Shown: piece by piece, positions 30,205-38,885 of the stretch
Layout: every line of letters starts with the position of its first letter
Numbering within the stretch: the first letter of the stretch is position 1
Made by a program: the position numbers and the translations under genes
NCBI GenBank assembly: GCA_963733195.1
Contig: CAVTCR010000047.1
Coordinates: 1-64,000, forward strand
DNA length: 64,000 nucleotides
Direction: 5' to 3'
Source: an uncultured delta proteobacterium
GTDB taxonomy: Bacteria; Desulfobacterota; Binatia; Bin18
Notes under the pieces: generated by a model
What the model was told of the DNA's origin: nothing
Databases searched by the model: none
The model's input: the letters and a program-made list of their open reading frames with translations, nothing else

Positions 30205-33057
30205 TCATTTTAATTCTTCATTCCTAATTCTCAGCCCCACAGGCAATGACTCATCAAGAATCTGCGCCTGTTCTTTCGTTTCGAGTGTCACGATTTCAAG
30301 CACTTGTTTAGCCCAACGTTCACCAGAGGGCAAAAAAACAAGCTTCTCGGCAACTTTCTGTCGGAGGTCTTCATCAAGGTCTCGACTCCGATCTCCGGTA
30401 CAGCGTGCAAGTTGCACCACAGCGAAACCAAGCGTCTCAGGATTCCGCCATTCGCTGCGCAGCAGTTGTTCGACCCATCGCTCTGCCACCTCGCGTCGCA
30501 CGACACAGTTCGCCGGGCCATGAATCAACGCTCGCGCTCCTATACGCGAGAACGCCCATACTTCTTGATCTGACGCTTTTCCTTTTTCTACCGTACGGAA
30601 CAACTCTTCACCCAGTTCAGCTTTGCTATCAGGTGATAAACGTTCACAACTCGCTACGACTTGCCACATCTCGCGGACTTCTTGCGGTCCGACTTTAGAG
30701 CGACCAGATTTGATTCGATTCTTCAGCTTGGGCAGGAGCCAGGGTGCAATATCGTTATACAACACTTGCTGTTGTTGACGACTAAGGCCACCAGCAACAC
30801 GTTTCCACAAATTCCACCACTCAGCGCGGCATTGGATCGCATTGTTATGTACCGGCCCGCGCGGATAAATCTTCCACAATTGTTGGAGCCGCCACTCGTC
30901 GGTCGTGTGTCCAAAGCCAGGACGCAAACAGAAGCCGATCAGATTAAGCCAACGCGCTTCATGGTCGGCGCTTCGCTCGCGTGTTTTTTCACACTCCCAC
31001 AGTACGTCCCATAACCGGCGAATCGCACTCAGTGGCCAGCCGTCCTTATTCGTCCCAAGTACCTGCTCAAGGTGGCGAGTAAGGTTTTGTACGGTTACAC
31101 CTTCGCTGTTTACAGCCGGACCAGCAGTGAACACAGATTGAATCAGTTGTGCGGCTTCAGCCTGGAGCGTCTCGTCGATAACGTGTTCTTCACTCACTGT
31201 TCCTGGCGTAGGTAGTCGGTGCGGCAGTTCCTTCCCCGCGCAACTGAAACTGCAAACGCCAACGGTGATTGGTTTGTCGCGCTTCACACCAAATTCTAAC
31301 GTCCCAATCTCGGTAAAACGTGCAGACACGTGTACCGGGATTTTCACCGCCCCAGCTTTCTTACCAAAACGAAGCACTGTGCGAATCGCCGGCAGGACGG
31401 CAAGCTCCTCTTGCGCAAGCGTCAGTACCTGACCAGGCTGATCAGTCATACGCGCGCTTGAAGCATAGAGTGGAAAACTCACAGGCTGATTGGTAACGAC
31501 CTCAAACTCTGGCTCGCTCAAGTGCACCTCCTCTCCTTCCTCCATACCATGACGGACGAGGCATAGTGCATTCACGGTCTTGCTAAGTGAAGAAGCATCC
31601 TGATTTTGATCGTCTACACCAATATAATAAGCACGCGCACTGCCCCCACCAATGCGTACGCCTTGCCCGCGTCGAACCAAACCGTAGTACGCCGCACCAT
31701 AGGACACAGCGAGATCGAGGCTTATACTGGTCAACACAGTCGGACGCCAGTCTTCGTTTGAAGACGAGAACCATCGGGAGAGAATATCGACGATCCGCTC
31801 ACGAATCGCATGCGGTGTTAGCGCCCCACCATTGAATAAGACCGCGTCCGGTCGACCTGCAGTTTTGGTGTGTTGATGGAGAAAAAACGCGAGATGTCGC
31901 GGAATCTCAGCTTCCGTCGCATACGGCAATCCGAATTCCTGTAATCCCACACGTGCGCTACGGCGCGGAAACGCATCAGCCTCAACGATAGGAAAGAAAC
32001 CTTCAATGATCGTTCGTTCGAGTTCATCACGACTAAGAACGTCACTGAGTGTGCCACCAACTACCGCACTTCCGCGCCCAGCCAAAGTGATAGGCACACT
32101 CTGTCGGTTCGGGTCAGCAAACAGATCTTCTTTGGCGACACGGCACAGATGGGTGAGGGCACTCCAACGTTGGGCATCGAGACGATTGCCTTTGGTCAGC
32201 CGCGCTTCGACTTGGCGCGCGAGGGCAATGTCCATGTTATCTCCGCCCAATAGCAAATGATCACCAACCGTAACCCGTTCAAGCTGAAGCTGGGTCTTCC
32301 CCTCGGTAACGGCAATCAAACTAAAATCAGTTGTTCCACCACCGATGTCGCACACGAGAATAGAGTTTCCAGCTGTGAGCTGACTCTGCCACGAATCCGT
32401 ATGGGTAACGAGCCAAGCATAGAACGCGGCTTGCGGCTCTTCGAGAAGTGTGACGCGGGTAAGTCCAGCTTGCTCAGCGGCTTGGACCGTCAGTTCTCGG
32501 GCAACCTCATCGAACGATGCCGGAACTGTCAGAATTACCTGCTGGGTCTCTAACGCGAATTGTTTGCCCATCCGCTGATTCCACGCTTCACGAATATGTA
32601 ACAAGTAACGCGAAGACACTGCGACCGGAGAGAGTTTACTAACCTCGGGTGGTCCACCCCAAGGAAGGATCGCTGCATTACGATCCACTCCAGCGTGAGA
32701 CAGCCAAGATTTGGCGGATGACACCAATCGTCCCGGCACTCGCGCACCTTGGACACGGGCAAACTGACCAACCGCGTAATCTCGCTCACGCTCCCACGGG
32801 AGTACGAGGCTCCCTGCCGGAAGATCACGGAGCCCAGGGAGGTAGAGAAATGACGGCAATATGGGTAATGGCGCCGTGACTGCCTCATTCACCAGTTGTG
32901 TGATGGGGAAATGTTGAACTGCTCGCGACCGCGTTGTATCGACAAACGCCACGGCACAGTTTGTTGTCCCTAGGTCGATGCCGACGAGGTAGCGAGAGGA
33001 CGTATCTATTTGCGAAAAAGACGCGGGCTCCATGGCAACACGGAATAAAGATGTCAA
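30205..33057 (-). CDS. Atypical Hsp70/DnaK-related protein with C-terminal DUF3731-like domain
   Basis: GIDLGTTN, TVPASFD, LLEEPQAAF, DIGGGTTD, LGGDNMD, LFNGG; C-terminal RSADHEARWLNLIGFCLRPGFG...ESLPVGL. Confidence 0.88.
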   Translation of the reverse strand: MTSLFRVAMEPASFSQIDTSSRYLVGIDLGTTNCAVAFVDTTRSRAVQHFPITQLVNEAVTAPLPILPSFLYLPGLRDLPAGSLVLPWERERDYAVGQFARVQGARVPGRLVSSAKSWLSHAGVDRNAAILPWGGPPEVSKLSPVAVSSRYLLHIREAWNQRMGKQFALETQQVILTVPASFDEVARELTVQAAEQAGLTRVTLLEEPQAAFYAWLVTHTDSWQSQLTAGNSILVCDIGGGTTDFSLIAVTEGKTQLQLERVTVGDHLLLGGDNMDIALARQVEARLTKGNRLDAQRWSALTHLCRVAKEDLFADPNRQSVPITLAGRGSAVVGGTLSDVLSRDELERTIIEGFFPIVEADAFPRRSARVGLQEFGLPYATEAEIPRHLAFFLHQHTKTAGRPDAVLFNGGALTPHAIRERIVDILSRWFSSSNEDWRPTVLTSISLDLAVSYGAAYYGLVRRGQGVRIGGGSARAYYIGVDDQNQDASSLSKTVNALCLVRHGMEEGEEVHLSEPEFEVVTNQPVSFPLYASSARMTDQPGQVLTLAQEELAVLPAIRTVLRFGKKAGAVKIPVHVSARFTEIGTLEFGVKRDKPITVGVCSFSCAGKELPHRLPTPGTVSEEHVIDETLQAEAAQLIQSVFTAGPAVNSEGVTVQNLTRHLEQVLGTNKDGWPLSAIRRLWDVLWECEKTRERSADHEARWLNLIGFCLRPGFGHTTDEWRLQQLWKIYPRGPVHNNAIQCRAEWWNLWKRVAGGLSRQQQQVLYNDIAPWLLPKLKNRIKSGRSKVGPQEVREMWQVVASCERLSPDSKAELGEELFRTVEKGKASDQEVWAFSRIGARALIHGPANCVVRREVAERWVEQLLRSEWRNPETLGFAVVQLARCTGDRSRDLDEDLRQKVAEKLVFLPSGERWAKQVLEIVTLETKEQAQILDESLPVGLRIRNEELK

Positions 33058-33222
33058 TTAAGACGAAGCTTGCCCCTGTCTCCGAGGCTGCATCTTCCTG
33101 GATACTTTCCTATGCGAGCATGACAACATGCCCGCGAAAGCAGGAGTCCAGCTTCCGTTCGCCTTAGGAAATCCTCGGTCAGGCTGGGACATTACAGTGT
33201 CCGAATCACGCGCAGTTTTTAC

Positions 33223-33699
33223 TTAATACAGAAGGGACGGCCTTACGGGGAATGCAAGAGCTACATCATCCACAACAACTTTGCTGTTCTTAAGTTGGAT
33301 TTGTAACTGCGTCCGAATCTGTGGGGGGTTGGAAAGGAAAAGTGGCAGCTCAACATTAGCATCTTTCACGTACTTAATCGTTCGTAACCACCCTCTGATT
33401 CTTACGCTGAGGTGAATACGGTCAGGGGACAGCCATTGGTATCCCATAGGAGACTGCATAAGAGATTGGGCATCCCGATTTAGCTGGTACTGGAGATCTG
33501 ACACCAGGTCAACATATTCTTGATATTCTTCTTTTGAGAGTGACTGTGGATCACTAGGCACTCCCGTATAACTTTGCGATTGCTGCTGCTGGGGAACCTC
33601 CTCAGCTAACGCTACCGATCCGAAAAAAATGACAGCCGCAACGAAGCCCCCTACGCTCGCTCTTACAATCCGAGCCACTAGTAACATATCTGTTTTCAT
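33223..33699 (-). CDS. Hypothetical exported protein
   Basis: GAGGAGG RBS, signal peptide ending ALA, 158 aa. Confidence 0.65.
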   Translation of the reverse strand: MKTDMLLVARIVRASVGGFVAAVIFFGSVALAEEVPQQQQSQSYTGVPSDPQSLSKEEYQEYVDLVSDLQYQLNRDAQSLMQSPMGYQWLSPDRIHLSVRIRGWLRTIKYVKDANVELPLFLSNPPQIRTQLQIQLKNSKVVVDDVALAFPVRPSLLY

Positions 33700-33860
33700 C
33701 GCTTATCCTCCTCTAGAGGGTGTCATACCGCTAGATCGTACCACAAAGGTCTTTCATCCAATAGCCGAGCGGTACTTCAGCTTGGGTATAATGCCCACCG
33801 AGCATGAGAATCAGAGCGTGGAGGATAATCTCTCACAGAACGAGCAAGGCGACGAGTTCG

Positions 33861-35684
33861 CTATTCCTCACTGGCGCTACGCACGTTAAATTCGAGTTTC
33901 CAGCGATGGGTTTCGTCACGAGAAACAGCCCATAGTTCTAGCGTACCGACCTCGGTCAGGTGCACTCGTAGACGCGCAGGAATGGTCACCCCTTCCTGGC
34001 CGATCCATGAGAGCGTTGTTTCCATCGGGGTCAGTTCTTCAATGTCGTCCCCCGGCTCTTCAATGAACGTCCCGACCTGATCACTGCGCCGTGTGGTCGA
34101 TCCGAGAAAGCGAAACTGCGCAGGCTCACCCACGACAAGACCGAATTCCTGGCCAGGAATATCACTCTCGGTTCCTTCTTCCATACCGAACGGTGCGACA
34201 CAGAGCGCCTTCAAAGGAGCAGCCATCCCTGGTACGGCAGGCATCGAGGTCTCGATACCAATGTAATACGACCGCGCTGCGCCGCCACGGATACGGACGC
34301 CTTTACCGCGACGTGCCAAGCCATAGTACGCAGCGCCACGTGCAACTGCATGGTCAAGATTGGTGCCCTCCAACATCCGCAGTGTTGAGCTTCCCTCCTG
34401 CGATAACCAGCCGTTAAGAACATCAACCAAACGTTGCCGTAACAACGTGGCTTTCATCACACCACCATTGAAGAGGATTGCTGTAGGATGTGCGAAAGTT
34501 TGTGAGTCACTCGTCGTTTCTTTCTGACGAGTCAGAAATTTCGCTAAGTGGCGCGTGACCGCCGGGTCAGCAGCATAGGGCAAGCCCATTTCCTGCAACC
34601 CAACACGGCGACCGGATTTCGGCATCTCGTTTGCCTCGCAGCGTGGGAAAAAGCCGTCAACCAGTGTCGTTTCGACTTCATCATACGCAAGATCGGTTTT
34701 GATCGCTCCGCCAATCACACTACTGCCACGGCCAAGAATCGCAATCGGTTGTTTTTTCGTCGTTCCAGACTGGAGGAGATTTTCTTTGGCGACACGGCAA
34801 TTCTGCCACAATCCCCGCATCTGTCCAGCGTCGAGCTTGGTTCCTTTCGCCGCAAGCTTCTGTTGTACCGCATACGCCAGAGCGAGGTCCATGTTATCGC
34901 CACCAAGCAGGATGTGCTCCCCCACCGCAATCCGCTTGAGTTCCAATTCGCCGCCTTCCTCAGAAACAGCAATCAAACTGAAGTCCGTTGTCCCACCGCC
35001 AATGTCACTGACAAGAATCACATCGCCGACTTTCACCTGTTTACGCCAGCGCTCTCCAGCGGTTTCGATCCACGAATAGAAAGCAGCCTGCGGTTCCTCT
35101 AACAGCCGAACAGATGGTAACCCCGCGCGTTCAGCAGCTTGCACAGTCAACTCACGCGCAGCCGCATCAAATGAGGCTGGCACGGTGAGAAAGACTTCTT
35201 GTTGCTCCAGCGCAAGCTCTGGATTCTCTCGTGCCATGACAGAGTTCCAAGCCGAGCGAACATGCAAGAGAAATTGCGCTGACACTTCCAGCGGTGACAT
35301 TTTCTTCACGTCATCACTACCGCCCCATGGAAGAATCGGAGCCGTACGATCAACGCCAACATGACACAGCCACGACTTCGCTGAGGAAATGAGTCGCCCC
35401 GGAACTTCAGCACCGCGCGTTCGTGCGAGCATCCCTACAGCAAACGGTAGTTCTTCAGTCCAAGGAAGGGTGAGGCTTCCAGCCGGAAACTCGCGAGCTG
35501 CCGGAAGGTATAAAAACGACGGTAGCAAATCACGCTCTTCGACATTCCCCGGAGTCACAAGTTGTGGAATATGGAAGAGTTGGATCGGTGGATTATCAGT
35601 GTCAAGGATTTGGGTATCAACATAGGCAACCACACAGTTGGTCGTGCCAAGGTCGATACCAACGATATAACGGGGAGAAGGCAT
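33861..35684 (-). CDS. Atypical Hsp70/DnaK-related protein
   Basis: Same ATPase motifs as 30205-33057; ends TEVGTLELW...WKLEFNVR. Confidence 0.9.
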   Translation of the reverse strand: MPSPRYIVGIDLGTTNCVVAYVDTQILDTDNPPIQLFHIPQLVTPGNVEERDLLPSFLYLPAAREFPAGSLTLPWTEELPFAVGMLARTRGAEVPGRLISSAKSWLCHVGVDRTAPILPWGGSDDVKKMSPLEVSAQFLLHVRSAWNSVMARENPELALEQQEVFLTVPASFDAAARELTVQAAERAGLPSVRLLEEPQAAFYSWIETAGERWRKQVKVGDVILVSDIGGGTTDFSLIAVSEEGGELELKRIAVGEHILLGGDNMDLALAYAVQQKLAAKGTKLDAGQMRGLWQNCRVAKENLLQSGTTKKQPIAILGRGSSVIGGAIKTDLAYDEVETTLVDGFFPRCEANEMPKSGRRVGLQEMGLPYAADPAVTRHLAKFLTRQKETTSDSQTFAHPTAILFNGGVMKATLLRQRLVDVLNGWLSQEGSSTLRMLEGTNLDHAVARGAAYYGLARRGKGVRIRGGAARSYYIGIETSMPAVPGMAAPLKALCVAPFGMEEGTESDIPGQEFGLVVGEPAQFRFLGSTTRRSDQVGTFIEEPGDDIEELTPMETTLSWIGQEGVTIPARLRVHLTEVGTLELWAVSRDETHRWKLEFNVRSASEE

Positions 35685-35777
35685 AAATTAAGAATGAAAA
35701 ATTAAGAATGAAAAATTAAGAATGAAGATCTCAGAGGTCAGACATTTTGCATTATTCATTTTACATTTTTCATTAGC

Positions 35778-36488
35778 TTACGAGATTTCCACTTCCGCTG
35801 GAGCAACGATTTTCGCGTCCTGCCCGGTAGGTTGGGCAGGAAGTTTCACTTGCTTTGCCCGCCAACCAGCATGGCGTAATGTACCACGAAATGGTGGTTC
35901 ACCAGTGACATTACCAGTTAAACGAATCGCCGACGGATCGAAATCCGCAGGTACGGTTACTTCATCACCTTCATTACCGCTGAGCACCGGTTCTAAGGTT
36001 ATATGCTCAGACAAAATCTGCCGGCAGCCTTCATGGATCGCCCGCACTGCTGCGCCAATTTGTCCATCGTCGTATGGTTGAATATCTTCACGAAGAAAAT
36101 CCACCAAGCGACCTTCACGTTGCAGCAAGCCGAGGAATTGCACCGCTGCATCGGTCGTTGGTTTTGGTGGCGGCGCTTTCTTGGGCTCGGTCGTTGCCTG
36201 TGCTGGTTTCTCTTCTTTGATGACCTCTCCAGCAGTTATAAGCCTTGGCAAGGTCAGCAATAGCAGCAAGCCGACAAGGAGTGGGGACCCAAGGAAATAA
36301 TAATTGTAGTTGATGCAGGCAGAGAGTTCAGACAAACCGCGGGTCATACTTGGCATATCAGTTACTGGAGCACTAACAGTACACGTGCCAAAGGGAGCAG
36401 CGTACAACATGTAGTAATTCCCCGCCGCCAGCGCTCCCAGGAGCAGGGCGATAAGAATAAACGCAAACGGTTTTAACTTTGGTCGCAT
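35778..36488 (-). CDS. DUF2760-family membrane-anchored protein
   Basis: Two N-terminal hydrophobic segments; LGLLQREGRLVDFL, IGAAVR.IH.GC, GNVTGEPPF.G.L.H.GW, APAEVE. Confidence 0.85.
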   Translation of the reverse strand: MRPKLKPFAFILIALLLGALAAGNYYMLYAAPFGTCTVSAPVTDMPSMTRGLSELSACINYNYYFLGSPLLVGLLLLLTLPRLITAGEVIKEEKPAQATTEPKKAPPPKPTTDAAVQFLGLLQREGRLVDFLREDIQPYDDGQIGAAVRAIHEGCRQILSEHITLEPVLSGNEGDEVTVPADFDPSAIRLTGNVTGEPPFRGTLRHAGWRAKQVKLPAQPTGQDAKIVAPAEVEIS

Positions 36489-36584
36489 AGAATATATGGC
36501 AGGCCCAGCCCGCCCTACTCTTTCTTTTCAGCCCTAAAGCCTACAGCCTTTAGCCTGTGGCCTATTCTTGCGTTTTGCCTTTCC

Positions 36585-37748
36585 TTAGTCGACCACACAG
36601 CTCTGCGCGAGGTCAGAAAACAGGTGCCAGCGCATGATGCTACGCGGTTCGTGAATAAGCCCGTTGGTCAGTCCGACAAAGACTAGCTCACGTGCTGGAT
36701 CGCCCCACGCCATGATACTGCTCGCACCGGCATGACCAAAGGTACGTGATGAGGCCAGCGAACCGAAGTACGTAGGGAAGATTCCAGTTCCACGCAGCCA
36801 GAAGCCCAGCCCACGATTCGCCGGAATTCTCGGCCACTGCATAGCAACACGCATCGGGGCTATGAGCCGATCCTCCATATCGCCAGTATGAATCGTCGTG
36901 GCAAGGTCCACCATCGCTGGGCTCAAGAGACGAATGCCATCGAGTTCACCACCATTTACCCACATCTGATAGAAGCGGGCGAGATCGAATATCGTCGAAT
37001 ACGAACCTGCACCAGGAACCGCTGCTTTTTGGATGTTTGGTTCGTTGAATGCCGTAAGAAATTCGATTGGGAATGGCACGCCACCGGAGTCCAACCCTTG
37101 CAGCGGTACGCGGCGAGCTTCCATATCCGGGCGCACACCCATATGCGAATCTTTCATTCCCAGCGGCCCATACAGATCTTCGGCGCACATCTGAGCAAAG
37201 CTGCGTTTGCCACCGTCAACTCGTCGGGCGATCTCAGCGAGAATCCATGACCCGGTCAACGCGTGGTAATGCACTGCCGCGCCGGGTTCGTGCTCCAAAG
37301 CCTGGGTGCAGATTTTTGCAATCGTCGCATCCCAATCCGCCCACTTTGTCATCGGCCAATCCATAGCGAGCGTAGGAAATGCCGCCGTATGGGTCAGCAC
37401 TTGGGAAATAGTCACCGCCTGTTTTCCACTCGCAGCAAAATCAGGAATGTAGTCCGCGACCTTATCGGAAAGCCGGACCTCACCTTGGTCGGCCTTCATC
37501 AGTAACATAGTCGCTGTGATCGGTTTTGAGGTCGAGAACAGGCAGTAGATGTCGTCAGTTTTAGCAGCGCGATTTTTCTGCTGATCAGATTTGCCGACGC
37601 TACGCGCGGCAACGATTTTACCTTTGCGAGCTAGGAGGAACGAGCCACCGTACAACCAACCTTCGGTAATCTTTTTCTCGATGACAGTAAACAGTCGTTC
37701 AATACGCTGCGGATCAACACCGACTTCCTTTGGATTGACGGTTTGCAT
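36585..37748 (-). CDS. Serine hydrolase, beta-lactamase class C-like
   Basis: FSTSK (SxxK), LTHTA, YHALT, FGHAGA. Confidence 0.9.
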   Translation of the reverse strand: MQTVNPKEVGVDPQRIERLFTVIEKKITEGWLYGGSFLLARKGKIVAARSVGKSDQQKNRAAKTDDIYCLFSTSKPITATMLLMKADQGEVRLSDKVADYIPDFAASGKQAVTISQVLTHTAAFPTLAMDWPMTKWADWDATIAKICTQALEHEPGAAVHYHALTGSWILAEIARRVDGGKRSFAQMCAEDLYGPLGMKDSHMGVRPDMEARRVPLQGLDSGGVPFPIEFLTAFNEPNIQKAAVPGAGSYSTIFDLARFYQMWVNGGELDGIRLLSPAMVDLATTIHTGDMEDRLIAPMRVAMQWPRIPANRGLGFWLRGTGIFPTYFGSLASSRTFGHAGASSIMAWGDPARELVFVGLTNGLIHEPRSIMRWHLFSDLAQSCVVD

Positions 37749-37843
37749 TAGAGTTCCTCCTCACTGCAATAATCAGCCGGCACTATAGGATGAAGCGCGG
37801 GCGATTTCCAGCGGAGGGTCGGCCCAGAAAAAACGCCCAAGGG

Positions 37844-38812
37844 TTACGCTGCAGCCCGTCGCAACCGGTCCATAATCGCCCGGCCAAGGCCATGCTCTGG
37901 TACTGATTCAGCAATCACCCGGTCAAGTCCGACACTATCGAGCCGACGCATAGCAGCAAATAGATTTGCCGCTGCTTCAATGAGGCTGCCATCCCGTGAA
38001 AGAAATTCAACCGTCGCGTACCCCTCAACGGGTCGCGGCTTCAGCAAAAGGAGCCCCGTTCTTTCTCCGGTCCGCGGATGTGGAAGAGATGCTCCTACAG
38101 CAATCAATGAGAGCGGCACATGGGGCGCGTAATGTGAAAGCAGGGTGCCGGGCGAGCGTATGTCAGGTTGAGAAATCTGTCCGACACGGACAGGACCAAT
38201 GACCGCTTCGATATCCTCGACTGCAGCACCACCAGGTCGGAGAATCACTGCTTGTTTTTCAGTCAACGCACAGACCGTTGATTCGACCCCAACCGCACAG
38301 GGCCCACCATCAAGAATGAGTCCGATCGCGTCGCCCAACGTTTCCTGCACATGCATCGCCGTTGTCGGGCTCACATAGCCAAACGGATTCGCACTTGGCG
38401 CGGCGATGGGCACTTGAGCTTCTCGCAACAGTGCAAGAGCAACAGGATGAGCAGGCACACGCAAGGCAACAGTGTCGAAGCCAGCGGTGACCAAATCTGG
38501 AACAATCGGACGCTTGCGGAAGACCAGCGTCAGCGGTCCAGGCCAAAACCGATTCATCAGTGCAATTGCTCGCTGGTCAATGTCAATCGCATACTGCGAC
38601 GCGGCTTCTTTCTCAGCGAGGTGTACAATCAGTGGGTCAAAGTGTGGACGGTTTTTGACTGCGAAGATCTGTGCAACCGCGCGTTCGTTCAACGCATTGG
38701 CCCCCAGGCCATAGACTGTTTCAGTAGGAAAGGCGACCAGTTCACCTGCCCGAAGCTTTTCTACAGCAAGTCGAATGGCTTGCGGATCGGAGCCGTTGAG
38801 AATTTTTGCCAT
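37844..38812 (-). CDS. sua5: L-threonylcarbamoyladenylate synthase (Sua5/TsaC)
   Basis: AFPTETVYGLG, K.RP..DPLIVH, FWPGPLT, AAPSAN, SHYAP, AIMDRL. Confidence 0.95.
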   Translation of the reverse strand: MAKILNGSDPQAIRLAVEKLRAGELVAFPTETVYGLGANALNERAVAQIFAVKNRPHFDPLIVHLAEKEAASQYAIDIDQRAIALMNRFWPGPLTLVFRKRPIVPDLVTAGFDTVALRVPAHPVALALLREAQVPIAAPSANPFGYVSPTTAMHVQETLGDAIGLILDGGPCAVGVESTVCALTEKQAVILRPGGAAVEDIEAVIGPVRVGQISQPDIRSPGTLLSHYAPHVPLSLIAVGASLPHPRTGERTGLLLLKPRPVEGYATVEFLSRDGSLIEAAANLFAAMRRLDSVGLDRVIAESVPEHGLGRAIMDRLRRAAA

Positions 38813-38885
38813 AGGGGTCAGGAATCAAGGGGTAGAGGTCGGTCTATTTTCCTACTGGCCCCCGACTCCTCGTTCCCCGATCCCT

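Noticed and set aside
30205-35684. Canonical dnaK chaperone locus
   Set aside because: No canonical linker, substrate-binding lid, dnaJ or hrcA; these are the DnaK-related DUF3731/DUF2760-associated type
35686-35775. Tandem repeats as a CRISPR array
   Set aside because: Units are 7-14 nt, directly adjacent with no unique spacers, and no cas genes are present
36585-37748. Antibiotic-resistance beta-lactamase
   Set aside because: No signal peptide; motifs fit the broad cytoplasmic esterase / serine hydrolase family
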